Source: the human T2T-CHM13v2.0 reference genome, Homo sapiens. From it: a DNA stretch of 64,000 bases. Location: the NCBI RefSeq assembly GCF_009914755.1, contig NC_060944.1; one strand, given 5' to 3'. The notes under the pieces are model-generated. The model did not search any database, was not told the DNA's origin, and saw only the letters and a program-made list of their open reading frames with translations. The number at the start of each line of letters is the position of its first letter. Position 1 is the stretch's first letter. Below are positions 27,587 through 40,600 of this stretch, piece after piece. Both the position numbers and the translations under genes were made by a program.

Positions 27587-28486
27587 GCCATCATCATCAT
27601 TATGCCATCACCACCATTGCTGCCATCATCACCATCACTGCCATCATCATCACCATCAGTCCCATCACCACCATCATGACCATCACTGCCATCATCACCA
27701 TCAGAGCCATCATCACCATTGGTGCTATCATCATCACCATCGCTGCCATCATCACCATTGCTGCCATCATCGTCACCATCGGAGGCATCACCATTGCTGC
27801 CATCATCGTCACCATTGGTGCCATCATCACCATTGCTGCCATCATCACCATCACTGCCATCATCATCACCATCGGAGGCATCACCATTGGTGCCATCATC
27901 ATCACTATCAGTGAGATCATCATCAACATTGCTGCCATCATCACCATCAGAGCCATTATTACCATCAGTGCCATCATCGCCACCATAGGTACCATCATCA
28001 TCACCATCAGAGCCATCACCATTGGTGCTGCCATCATCACCATCGCTGCTATCATCACCATCACTGCCATCTTCACCATTGCTGCCATCATCATCACCAT
28101 TGGAGCCATCACCATCGTTGCCATCATCATCACCATCAGAGCCATCATCACCATCAGAGTCATCATCATCAACACTGGAGCCATCATCACCATCAGAGTC
28201 ATCATCTTCACCACCGGAGCCATCATCACCATTGAAGCCATCACCATCAGTGCCATCATCATCACCATCAGAGTCATCATCATCAACACTGGAGCCATCA
28301 TCACCATCAGAGCCATCATCACCATCGGTGCCATCATCGGTGCCTTCATCACCATTGGTACCATCATCATCAGTGCCATCACTATCTCTCTTATCACCAT
28401 TGCTGCCATCATCATCATCTCTGTCATCATCACCATCACTGCCACCATCATCATCATCACTGCCAATATCATATGCGTTATTATTA
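27587..28486. repeat. ~900-bp degenerate trinucleotide repeat (CAT/CAC)n with higher-order units such as GCCATCATCACCATT/C
   Basis: Read directly. Gives Ile/Thr/Ala-, His-, Ser/Pro- and Met-rich ORFs. Confidence 0.97.
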
Positions 28487-28491
28487 TCCTT

Positions 28492-28930
28492 TACCTTAGT
28501 CCACCTTTATTACTTTAAAGGACAACCTGAGGCTGGGTAATTTATAAGGAAAGGAGGTTTAATCGGCTCACGGTTCTGCAGGCTACACAGGAAGCATGGC
28601 ATGGGCATCTGCTTCTGGCGAGGGCCTCAGGAAGCTTCCACTCATGGCAGAAGGCAAAGGAGACCATAGGTGTCCAGATCACGTGGTGAGAGAGGAGGTG
28701 GGAGAGTTGGAGGTGCCAGGCTCATTTCAACAACCAGTTCCCTTGGGAGCTTAGAGTGAGAACTCCCTCCCTCCCTTGAGAATGGCACTAGAGAATTCAT
28801 GAGACATCTGTCCCCATGACCCAAATGCCTCCCCCCGACCACCCCCAGCCACAAGGCCCACCTCCAACCCTGGGGATCCAATTTCCACAAGACTTAGCTG
28901 GGCCAAACCAACCATGACCACACCATGGCA
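28492..28930 (-). mobile_element. MSTB-like MaLR solo LTR
   Basis: ggctgggtaatttataaggaaaggaggtttaatcggctcacggttctgcaggct...aggaagcttccactcatggcagaaggc...cccacctccaac. Confidence 0.88.
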
Positions 28931-29584
28931 TTGCTGTTTGCTGTTAGGGCTAAGGAGAGGCCTTGCCCAGGTTAGAAGCAGGTGACTCACTCCCAGCAGT
29001 GTAGGAAGCACCTGCGCCTCTTCATTATGGAAGAAAGAGCTCAGGGCCCCTTGGGCCACCTCAGTGAGTGAGATTTAGCCAGGGCCTGAGCAGGCCACCT
29101 ACCCTAGGAGGATCCAGAGACCTCAGCACACCTTTTTTCTCTCTAAACCCCATCAGCCATAGAACTGGCCTCTCTGCTTTCCAAGGCTGTGAGTGAGTGG
29201 GCTGCTGTGTTCTGCAGGGGGTGCTTAACATCTAAGCATAACCACCTGTTTATGAGTAGACATCTGTGTGTGTCTTGCATCCAGGAAGCTCTTCATAGCA
29301 AAAGCATAGGGTGGAAGGGAGCAGGGTGGTGGAAGATCACGTCACTGTTGACAGGGCAATGTTATTTAGATGGTGCCTTATTCTCATCCTTCCATCCTCT
29401 AAAACTCTGCTTGAGTTTGTCTTTCAAGGAAGGGCTCAAGGGCCATGTCTGGAATGAGCAGGAAAGGGGAGTGCCAAGCAACATGAGGCTCGTGAGGGTG
29501 GGGAGTGGCAGTGAGCCAGATGCCCCCAGGTGAGCACTGGCCCACCATGCCCCAGCGGTGGAACCTCGGGATACGGGGCAGGAT

Positions 29585-29735
29585 ACCTGTACCTCAGTTT
29601 CCTCTTTGGGAAAATGGAAGGAACATGACCTTCCATATAGGTTTGTGTGGGTTCTGTAAGAGAATGTGCTCCAAGTGCCCAGCAGGATGTCTGAGCAGAC
29701 AGTATTGAATGAACGGATGAATGTATGAGTGAAGA
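29585..29735 (+). mobile_element. MIR core, plus L2-type (TGAA)n terminus
   Basis: cctcagtttcctctttgggaaaatgg...tgaatgaacggatgaatg. Confidence 0.55.
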
Positions 29736-30982
29736 TTCAGGAAACACTGGTTCATGTTGGTTCATGAAATGTTAGTTCCAGATATTCAATAAAAATGTGA
29801 TGTTTTTAAGAGTTCTAAAAATTACTCGCACTTCTCCACACCGTTAAATGGACTCTCACAGCCTTGAATGAGAGAGCAAAAGTCCCAGCAAGGCCACCCC
29901 CTCCAGGTTCCCAAGGAACACCCCTAGCCATCAGGACACCGCTGGCCCTGGGAGAGAGGGACAAAGGGCTTTCCTCCCTGCAGTGACTCAGGGCAGCAGC
30001 GGTGCCCCGATGTCCTGGCCAATGCCGGGAAGAATGTCAGTCTCCAGCCGTCCTCGCCCATGTGGGAATGACAAGCAAGGCTTTGCCCATTAGCCCTGTT
30101 GCTCTGAGAGCGCTGACAAGTGTTTTGACAAGAGGCCCTGGCATCTCACAAGCCCAGGAGTCCTCGGTGCATGGCGCATTGGTGGCTGGATTTGCCACTA
30201 TTATTCTCTGCTCACTCCTGTGTTGGCGTGAGTGGGAGGACTTCATTAGCGACATCGCCCACATCAAGAGCCACTGTGCTTCGTTCCAGTGGGCACCAGT
30301 AGGACTGGCTAATGAGGCGCTCACAGCTCAGTTTCTACGGCCACTGTGGAAAAGAACTTTTGTGTAAATACCTGCCTCAGAATGTGGCCCTTCCCTGCGG
30401 CCCCCTCTTCTGTATCTCCCAATACACCTGCACTTTTTTTCTTGAACAGAGAACTGTTAATTAGTGCCAGAACCTAGAGAAATTCCTCTCTTTATATAGG
30501 CTCAGAGCCCTTTCACGACGTAAGGCTCTTTCGCCACAGCAGGGAGCTGCAAACAGGCTTGCTGAGGTCCTTTGAGGAGCTGCGTCTCCTCTTGGCAGAG
30601 TCTCTGGTTTGCACATAGCACCATAAATATTCAACAAAGACGTGGAGACGATGAGTGCAAGTTTTGGGGGACAGGGCCACACCGGAGAGTGTAAGGCACA
30701 CACTTGTTGCCATGTTGGCTGGCTTTTCTTAGACAGGAAGAATCCCATGGTATTTTCTCATCAGCGAGAGATGCAGTGTCCATGAGGATGTGAGATTACA
30801 GCGTTGGATGCATCAAGAAGAAAAGCCAGAGGGAGACGCAGGTTTAATATTTCCTGCCATAAATGAGACGGCAAGAGAGAGGTTTCACTGTTTTACTTTA
30901 TAATGGGATTTCTAACATTCCGGAGACAGAGTGTTTTGTTTTCTTTGGAGAAGGTACAGCTGATAGATAGTGAATATCCATT

Positions 30983-31487
30983 TCTTAATAGACTTTGGTT
31001 TTCAGAGCAGTTTTAGGTTTATGGGAAAATGGAGCAGGAAGTCACCCCCCTCTCCCACTGCCAGCTTCCCCTGTTGTTAACGTCTTGCATTCGTGTGTTG
31101 CATTTGTTAGGACTGACGGACAATGGAAAAATAACATGTCAGTACCGACGCGTTATTAGGACACAGTCCAGGCTCCAGGAGGGCTCTGTCTTGGTGTGGC
31201 GGATTCGTGGGTTTGGACAAATGCATGGTGGGTTTGGACCAAATGCATGGTGACACGGAGCCACCACTGCAGACCTCACAGTGCTGCTTCCCTGCCTGAA
31301 AGTCCCCCATGCCCTCCTGTTCATCCCTCCCTCCTCCCACGGTCCTTTCACTGTCTCTGTGGCTTTGCCATTTTCAGAATGTCATGGAGTTGGAATCCTA
31401 CGGGTATGCAACCTTTCAGATGGGCGTCTTTCAGTTAGCAACATGTCCTTAATGCTCCTCCATGTCTGGGGGCCTGATAGCTCATTG
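30983..31487 (-). mobile_element. L1MC1/L1MC2-type 3' end
   Basis: tagactttggttttcagagcagttttaggttta, gggtttggacaaatgcat, ttttcagaatgtcatggagttggaatc. Contains a ~22-bp internal tandem duplication at 31207-31252. Confidence 0.8.
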
Positions 31488-33439
31488 GATATCCATTTTT
31501 GAAGCTAAGGGAAATGGAACTTGTGCATTTACCCCATTAAGTTTTCTCAAGCACTTCCTGGGTGCCAAAGTCACCTGGTTGGAAGGTGCCAGAGACCCCG
31601 GTGAGGAAGGCAGGCCCAGCGCCTGCCAGCCCCAGGCCCACAGACTGGCAGGAGGTGGCCGGCAGTTTCAGGCCCTGCCTGTGCTTGGAGCCAGGGTGAA
31701 GCCAGCCAGGGCAACCTGAGCAGCCATCAGTGGAGACACTCGACTGCATCCCTGTGACTGCAGGAGGGACAGGAGCAGATGAGCCTTCCAGAAACGCCAG
31801 ATCTACTTGCTCTGTGAGGCAGAGATTGGTGCTGGGGGCAGGGCCTGGCTGGGGAGACCACTGGGCCATGCAGGCAGTGGGCTGAGCTGGGCGGCGGGGT
31901 CAGGGATGGATTGGGTGTCCAGTTGGGGTATCCAGGGGCTCCGGCTCCCACGTGGAAGGTAGCACCCCTTCCTGTGGCAGCTCCAGGGGAAGGAGCAGCT
32001 GAGGGGGTCTCAGGCAGCAAGGGTGTGCTGTGTGGGCAGACCCCAGAGACCTCACCCTGGGGTCTGGAGTTCAGGAGAAGGATCTGCACCGGGAGATGTC
32101 CTGGGGCCCATCACGGCAGGGTCCTCTCATCTGCAGAGCATGAGGGCGTCCGAGTCCCCCCCTCAGCCCTCAGCCCTGCCCTTGGCTCTGCTCAGGCCAA
32201 ACAGTCGTGCCGCTTGTGGTGTGTCCCATTCTGAGGGTCTCCTGAGGGATTTTGGCCTCGTGACATTCTCCTCACCCCTCGGCCCCCCGGCGGCCCCTCA
32301 CACGTGCCCAGTCAGGTTCTGTGTTCCCGCAGCACCCTTCCTGACCGCCACCCTCCTAGATGGTTCTGAGCACAGCCCTGCAGCCCTGCATGAGATCCCT
32401 GCCACCCCACAGGGGTATGCTCAGTCAGGATGATCTCTTTGGAAAGTGCACGCCGTCCCATCACTCACTGGGCAGGGCCCATAGGGTGCACCTGGAGCCT
32501 GGGCAGGTCCCCCCCAGGTGGGGTGAAGCAGAGGCTTCAGGGCAGCCTCAGCTCCTCCACATCCTGCTGCTCAGCAGATTCCTGAGGCAGCTGCATGTTT
32601 GTAGAATCGGAAAAGCGCCGTTTCCAGCGGGACGCCTCCTGCCAAGCCCAGAACTGCGCAGGTGGGTTGGGATGGGCAGGCCCCGTGCAGACGCTGCCAC
32701 ATCATCTGGGAAATGCTCCCTTGGTTTGGAGACGTGAGTGAGTGGCTCGTGGGGTAGAAGGTTCTCAAACTGTTGCAGGTGTCCTGGCACCACGGGGGTG
32801 CGGCTGTTCCTCCACCCGACTGTCACCCCCACGAGGACTCGGGGGCTGCACAGCCTGGCGGGGATGCCTCTACTGGAGGGTGTGTCCCCTGGGATGAGCA
32901 ACATCAGAACCCAGGTTGCCCCACCTGCACGGTCCCCCTACCCACCCACTCCCCTTAGGAGATTCTCCTTCATCAAGAACCTGAGCCAGCGCCACCACCT
33001 TCAGAAACCTTGGACTCAGACTCTGTCCTCTCTCTCCCTCCTTCTCAGCCTCCTCTCCCCTCTGGGAGCTCCTGCTGCAGTGACGGTGACTCACTGCTGG
33101 GCTGGTTCACTCCAAAGTGGCTCGAGTGCATTACTCAGGTCTTTGCAATAACCCAAGATTTTTCTGTGTACAAAATATGCATATGCGTTTGCCTCCCAGC
33201 AGCATCTTTCATGGGAGACAGTGGCTTCCTAGCAAGTCCTGGTGAAGTGATGGACATGAACACTGTGATATTCCAAACCAACACTCAGTCTCTGCACTGC
33301 CTCAGGGAAAAGGAGCTTTTGGAGTTCAAGTCCCAGCTCTCCAACCTACAAGTGTGGAGGTGACCGCGTGCCTTGGAATCAAATCCAGAAATCGTACTGG
33401 GGCTCCCGGAGCCCACAGGCACTGCCCCATCCCTCCCTG

Positions 33440-33790
33440 CCTCCTCCTCGCTCCCTTCCTGCCCCCCAGTCTCCTCCCATCCTCAGATACACTAAGCATG
33501 CCTCAGGACCCAGGGCCTTGCACTGTCTGTTCCCTCTGCGGGGAATGCTCTTCCCTCAGGCACCAACACAGCCTTCCACCTCTCTTCATTCAGGTTGGCC
33601 TATTGGAGAGGGGATGCCTCCCTCCAGTGGCTCCATAACACTACCCCTACCTAGCCAGGCACGTCCAGCTGCCAGCTCATCACGCATGGTCCCCCACTAG
33701 ACAGCTTCCCGGGGGAGGACCTCGGTGTGCACCGCTCGTCCCCCACGCCTGTGAGAGTGCTCATAGGCGATTCTTGAATGGATAAGTGGG
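33440..33790 (+). mobile_element. L2 fragment
   Basis: cagggccttgcactgtctgttccctctgcggggaatgctcttccc, the classic L2 core. Confidence 0.65.
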
Positions 33791-34630
33791 AGAAAGGAAG
33801 AGGCTGGAGGTTGGAGATGAGCCCCCCACCCCATGTCCCTGTGTTGCCCGAGGCTTTGATGTCTCAGGTAGTCTTGTTCCATTTCGGGCATCTCAAAGCA
33901 GAAGCTGAATGTGGCCTCCGCCCTGTGCCACATGTGCTGGGAGCCCCTTCAGCACCGGCTAGAGTGACCAGCTGGGGGCCTAATTCTCCCCCTCTAGACC
34001 CCAGCTCCCACCTCTGAAAACGGGGGTGCTCTGGGCTGTGTGGGGGCAGCAGGTGTGAGATGACGCATGGACAGATGGACAGGAAAGCAGTGGCCCAGGG
34101 CGAGGTGGGGAGGTCAGGGGAGGGTGGGAAAGAAGAAGGGCAGTCTCCTGGGACGCTAGGTGCTCAGTTGCTACCGCTGCTGATGTCGTTTAGGAGGGTC
34201 TTTGGTTGTTTCAAGGGAATTCTCTATGTTCCACACAGAGCAAGTTCCGGGCAGTGGCAGCCATTTACATGCCCAGGGGTCTGCAGTTGTGGTCCACGCC
34301 CACCAGGTTGGATCCCAGCTTCTCCCATCACCCTCATCCCACTCACAGCCGCCGCTCCCAGTGGTTCTGTACCTCCAGGCCTTCACACGTGCTGTTCCCG
34401 CATCAAAGCACTCTTGCTCCGACTTTCTGGGTCTGCTCCCCCGGTCACAGAGGCCTCGGGATGCATGCTTCCTCCCCCACAGACCCTCTGCTCCCTCATC
34501 TCCCCTGCTGTCCCTGTCACAGTGACTTTGTTCGTGGGCCGGCTGCCTCATGGTCTTCCCACCACACTACATGCCATGTGGGCTGACTGCCCAGCACCCA
34601 GGACGGTACGTAGGGAGGAAATGGGTACAC

Positions 34631-34742
34631 GATGGATGGATGAATGGAAGGAAGGAAGGAAGGACACAGAGAAAGAGAGAAAGAAAGGAAAGAAGAAAGA
34701 AAGAATGAAAGAAAGAAAGAAAAAGAAAAGAAAAGAAAGAGC
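34631..34742. repeat. Compound (TGGA)(GGAA)(GAAA)n microsatellite after an L2 remnant
   Basis: Read directly. Confidence 0.9.
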
Positions 34743-36268
34743 AAGCTGGCAACCTCTGCTGGTTGAACCTGAGGGTTTGAAACTCACCCTCTCCTCAGCA
34801 CGGTCCCAGCTACAAGCTCACCTCTGGCTCATTTGATCTTTCTCAATTCACCTAACAAGAAAAACAATAAAAAGGTGTGTTTTGTAACTGCAGCACCATT
34901 CTCCTGCATGCCCGTCTTGGGGAGACACAGCCTGCTGCGCCCGTAAATGTCAGCAGGCTCCTGCCGCAGAGGAAGCGGAGCGCATGTCACTCAGGGCTGG
35001 TTCCCAGCGCAGGCTGTCTCCTGGCCCCTTTCACAGAGAAGCAATTAGACAGATGGGGGTAAAGGGTTAACCCGGAAGCCTCCTAATGAGGGGAGCTGCC
35101 GGCTCCTCTGTGGGTGCGCGATGCCGAGTCTCCACAGAGGCTTTGGATCCGCATCACTGCACCCGTCACTGCCGTGCACGCGTGAGACTGGGGGCTGGGG
35201 GGAGATGTGAAGTCACACACTAAGAAAATTATTTCCTTCATCTTGGAAAAACAAAAGAAGCCGGGCTCTGCTGTTTAGCTGAGGGTCTAATTATGACTGC
35301 TACATGTAATCCTCGGAGTTCAGAACTGGCCCAAGCCTGGGCAGGGCCCACTGCACACTTCCCAGGCTCGGAACGGGGAGTTGTTGTATGTGAGGTTTGC
35401 ACCAGCTGCAAGCTTTGTGAATACACACAATTCAAAGAAAAGCACCGTGGCAGTGCGCTTGTGACATGCTTTGCATTGGGGCATCTACTACACGGGATCT
35501 GGAGGTGCCCAGAGCCCCAGACGGGGAGGGACGGCCTTGGTTGTGACTCTGGGCCCCGCATGGTGCAGGGATTCAATAAGGGTGTGGGAAACTGTTTGAA
35601 TAGTGAGAATTCATCCTAAAAGGTAGTTTTCCTTCAGCAGGTTGAGTTTCCCTATCACCCAAACAAGGGGCTGGAGTAGATCATTTCCAAGGCCCCTCCC
35701 AGCCTGGCATGCTGCAGGCTTGGGGCCGTGGGGAGCTCTGGAGACTGAGCTCAGCCTCAGCAGTTTCTCCCTGTACCGCCAGTTTTCTCCGTCCCCACCC
35801 AGCACGTGGACACAGCGCACACAAAGCGCGCACAGTCACACGAATCAACCTGGGCAGATATTCAAGAACCTATGAATCTCCCTCCTGAGTCCCCAGGGCT
35901 GAGGCCCAGCGCAGACGATAGCCCCCGCTCCCGAGAATCTCCCTGCGCTGGGTGGGCCTCGGGCAGGCGCCTGGTGATGGCTGTTGCTCTGCGGCCCCTC
36001 CCTGTGGCCCCTCCCGGCAAGCACCATCGTCTTCCCCAGGGACAGGAAAAACGACAGAGGGGCCAGAAAGAGAGAGGGGTCGTGGAGGAGGGACCCTGCC
36101 CTGGGCTGATCTGGAGATCTCTGTGGGGAGAGGAAGCTGTGGCCGGCACTCGGGACCCACTCCAGGGAGATGTGTGAGACTCAGGATGCGGTTGGGGCCC
36201 CGTGGGCACAGAGCTCAGGAGGACTCCCCCGTCTCCCCAGCAGCTGGAATTAGGGACCCCAGAAGCTG

Positions 36269-36425
36269 CTTTTTTAAAACTGAAGTAAAATTCACATAAC
36301 GTAAATGTCCCCATTTTCAGGCATACAATTCAGTGGCATTGAGCACATTCAAAATGCTGGGCCACCGTCACCCCAAGGGAAACCTGGTCCCCATTAGTGC
36401 TCACTCCCCCACCCTCCTCTGTTTC
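36269..36425 (-). mobile_element. L1MB 3' end fragment
   Basis: aaattcacataac...atacaattcagtggcattgagcacattcaaaatg...cccattag. Confidence 0.7.
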
Positions 36426-37219
36426 TTATACCCCCCTGGTGGGCAGAACCTGTGGCAGGTACAGGAAGGTGCCTGCAGGGACCACAGCCCAGCCCAATGC
36501 AGACCCCCAAGGGGTTCCCCAGGGACTCGGGGACCAAGCACAGGAAACCTGGGGGGCCACAGGGACCCTGAGGTTCTGCCTCCCGGCCAGCGCCTTCGGG
36601 GCCACTGCGGGGACTGAGGCCACATCTGCCCCCTCCGCTGGACCCCGTGCTCCCTGATGATGGTGCCCAGGGTTGGGGCCTCCCCACGGCCTCCGTGGCT
36701 AACGGGTCTTTGCTGCAGGAATGGAGGAATCGACTTCCCTGACATTCCTCTCTTCTTTCTTCTTTCTTTTCTCCTTTTCCTGGCTCTTGAATTTCTCTGT
36801 CCCCAGCAGACGTGTCTGAGAGCATGTGCATGCAGCGGGGGCCACAGCCTTCTGCCTCGGGGGCTGTGATCCTCTTTGCAGCCAAATATTGAGGATGTGC
36901 TTCTGAAGCCACCGCAACAGCCTTCTAACTCAGCTCCCGAGTTGTTTGCAAGGCTAGGAAAGGCCGTAGCTCTCTTAACATTGGGCCCTAAAGGGGGTGT
37001 CTGGGTGTGGCTTCCACTCAGGACACCCCCTCAGTCCCAGAGGATGCGGGACCTCCTGGGAGCTCAGGGTGCCCCCCACTCCTGTGCAGATCTCTGAGCC
37101 TTCTTGCAGTCACCAGGTCAGCAGCCTCCATGCAACATCTCCTGGGCCAGTCCCCACCCCGAAGGTGTAGGTTATCTCGCTGGCCGAGGGTCTTCCTGAC
37201 ACCATGCTGTGTTCATTCT

Positions 37220-37680
37220 TGTCACCTCAGCTGCCCCTGTTCCGGTCACACCAGCTCTCAGGTCCTGGAATTCCTCCCTTCCTCTGCCCCAGGACCTTTG
37301 CAAGTGCCATCAGCACTACCAGGAATGTGCTCCCCACCCGAGCCTTCTCTGGAACCTCATTCCCCAGATGTCCACGGAAGGGTCCTGTTATCAAGGAAGC
37401 CCTCCCCACCTGTCCACCCAGCCTGGGTCAGGCTCTCACAGAACCTGTGTCTTCCTTGTAGAGTGCCGCACGTCTGATGTGATGACTTGGTTAATGTCTG
37501 TCCTGCCCCACACTCTCAGCTCCACTGGCAGTCTCTGTGTCTGGTGTCTGCTGACTGGTGGTATCAGTGATATGTCATGCGAATGGATGAAGGGGAGAGG
37601 GAGGGAGGAAGGAAGGAGAGGGAGGGAGGGAGGAAGGAAGGAAGGAGAGAGAGAGAGAGGGAGAGAGAGGGAGAGAGGAG
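37220..37680 (+). mobile_element. L2 fragment with GA-rich tail
   Basis: caggacctttgcaagtgcc...ggaatgtgctcccc...aggaagccctcccc, then (GGA/GA)n. Confidence 0.55.
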
Positions 37681-40600
37681 CAAGCTGCCCTTCTTCAGCT
37701 GTGCATATCCAGAGGCGCATTCACGACAGGCGGGGTCCCTTCTTAGGGGAGCAGAATTGGCATGAGTCCTGGGAGATGGAGCCATCATGAGGTCACCCGG
37801 GGCGGGGGCCACAGAAACTCCATCCACAACACAACCAAGACTGGGGTGACAGAGGGAGACTAAGGCCCACATTCACACTGCCGAAGACGTGGGTGACAGG
37901 CGGGGGCCAGCCGCATCCCAGCCCGGAAAGGGGAAGGGGAGACCGGACCACCCTCAGCCTGTGCTTTGCTCTACAGCTGCCAGGAGAAGGTCGAGGTGCA
38001 GGGGCTCGCCCTGGGACGAGTCCCAGGCTGTTGGATTCTCTGGTGTGCAGCCCTTCCTGGGAAGGTTTGCCTCAGCATTCGTTGCTCCTCGTGTTGCTTG
38101 GATGGCTTTGCAGATCCTGCTGGATGCTGGCCCTGGGGGCTGAGCCCTGCCTGGCATTTGGTCATATTTCAGAGTGGGCAACAGAGGGTGGTCCCTGGAG
38201 GATGAAAGATGGAGCAGCTTCTGTTCTCTGGTGTCTTCTCAGAAGAAAACATGGGCTTTAAAATTAAATCCATCTTGTCCAGAACAGGAGGCCAGCGGTA
38301 TGGGGCCAGGTTGCCCAGAACCTCAGAATCTGTTGACCCCACACCTTGGGGTGAGGAGAGGGAGCTGACCCCCAGCAGAACAAGAGATGGATCCCCACAG
38401 GCTCAGAATCCCAAGAGCCAGCTGGCCGCAAACACCCTGCACGGCTCCCCATCCCACCCCAGGGACCCCCGGCCTGACTAGGGCCCTTGTGTGACCCCAC
38501 TGCAGCCTGGAGGGCTTGGCCATCCATGCTGTCATCACCTGGCCACTGACCACCCTGGCCTCAGCCTGTGCGGTTCCCGGCAGACCCCGGTGTTCAGTAA
38601 GTGTTTGTGGGATGGACGACCTTGACCTTGTGTGACCTTGGCTGGGTGCCTTGCTCCCTGGTGCCATGTCCATGCCACTGAAGGATGCCACAGGGCATAC
38701 TGGCCAGAGCATAAGGACAGCAGCCGACATCCACCCAGTGCCTGCCCTATGCCAGGTACTGAGCAAAGGGATCAACATGCTACCTTTGTCCCCCTCCCCG
38801 AGTCCCTGCCATCACTCCCATTTCACAGAAACAAAGACTGTGCTCAGAGAGGGACCACCGTTCCTCAAGGTCACAGAGACAGGAGGCTGTGGTTGGTGTT
38901 TGCACCCCAAGACCAGGGTAGGTGTGCGCAGGGCTGCTGGTGCACACCCGCCTTGCTGGGCACATGCATACCTGCCCCACAGCGCATGCAGCGGGTGCTG
39001 GGACCCTGAGGTTCCATGCCTGTGGCTCTGGTGTGAGGACAGCAGGTGTTCCCCTCCCCACCCTCTGGGGCCCACCTCCTTGGGGCAGGCGGTGCCGGGC
39101 CTGACCCCAGGGCCCAATCCTCTGTGCCACCTCCAGCACTGGCTTTGGGGTCTGCAGCAACCACCGCCAGGGGGACAGAGGCAAGGGAGGCTCCGACTAC
39201 ATGTTTAAACAGTTAGATTTAATTTCTCTCTGGACCCTTCTGTCTCTTGTCAAGTTTGTTTAAAACTAATGGAAGTAATTAGCAAACCATGGAGAGATGC
39301 GTGCGGCAGGTAGCGGCTGTGGGTACCAGGCACCAGGCAGTCCCGTGTCGGCCGAGGATGGAACAGGTACCCTCCTCCCCAGGAGGATTTCCCTCTGTGG
39401 CACCTGCATTTCCTCACAGGTGTTTTCTCCCCCGAGAAACAACTCTTTTGTCCCCCACAGTACTTTCTGGGGCTGCAGTGTCCCTAGGGCCCAAGGCAGC
39501 AGGCTGGTCTGCGGCTTCCCTGCAGAACCCCTGCATTCTGAGGCAGAGGTGGGGGCCAACACCCCAGCAGGACCTGAGGGGCCATAGCCTTGGGGATTCC
39601 TCGGAGGCACGGCCTGGGGTCCAGTTCACACATCAGCTGCAGAAGGTTCCCTCAGGATGTGCAAGTCAGAAGCTCCCCACACCACACCACCGCCCCCATC
39701 CTCCACCAGGCTTGGCATCCTCCCAGCCTCGGGAAGAACCAACCCTGCTGGACGAGGGTGACAGATCCCTGAAGTCGGGCAGCAAACCCCGCTCCTCCTC
39801 TCACCACCTTCACGGCAATCCCGCTCCTCCTCTCACCACCTTGACGAAGGCGTGAAACGTCCCTGAGGCTCAGCTTCCTATCTGCGAGATGGGCCAGTTC
39901 TACTCGCCAGCGCTGCCTTCCCGTGCCTGGCAGTGCACCCGCCGCGTGGAGGCTGCAGGGGCTGGGACAGGACGTGTGATCTGCATTGGGGTCGCAGAGG
40001 CGGCTTTTCAGGGCATTGTAGGTGTTTGCTGGTACATCGAGGGAAAAGTTTTCTGGGAATCCATTGGATGTTAATTCTCTCCTGAAGACTAATAGAGAAA
40101 TTGGGAGATCAAAAACAAATACATAAGAAAACTAAACTTCCAGCCGGGGTGGTGCCACTGGTCACTCGCCTTCACGCCTGGGCGGCTGCTGGCGCAGTCT
40201 CCTCTGGGGGCTGTTTCCCATGGGGAGGGAGTTGCGGGGGGTCCCGTGAAGATTCTGGGCTGAGCACAAAGCAGGACAGAAGCCCCCTTTCTGCCCTCAG
40301 CCTGATGGGAGCCCCGGACCAGCCTGGGGAGGCTTTGCCCCTACTTCACCCTGACCAGGTGCCTGATGCTGTCCGGTCCCAGGACAGCAGCCCTGACCTC
40401 AGCACACTCACCAGTCCTGGGGCGGGAGACACGGGAGGACATGGGAATCCCAGGTACGAAGCCAGGGAATGAAACAAAAACAGGTGATGTGAGGGGAGGG
40501 GTAGGGCAGGTTACAGGTTTCCATGGGAGCCAACATCCCAGCCAGGCCTGAGCACTGGGCCAGAGCCAGCTCTGCCAGAAACCACCAGTTACAACCTCTG

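Noticed and set aside
27436-28518. 360-aa Ile/Thr-rich ORF (and 290-aa antisense Met-rich ORF) as a protein-coding gene
   Set aside because: Entirely explained by the (CAT/CAC)n repeat lacking stop codons. The + ORF starts at a non-ATG codon near a MIR, with no domain or exon structure.
33948-33968. REST/RE1 site (TTCAGCACC...)
   Set aside because: Only the left half matches; the GGACAG right half is absent.
39200-39285. Small AT-rich patch with minus-strand ATTAAA (39218-39223) as the 3' end of an antisense RNA
   Set aside because: A single variant hexamer is not enough evidence, and I could not assemble supporting exons from sequence alone.
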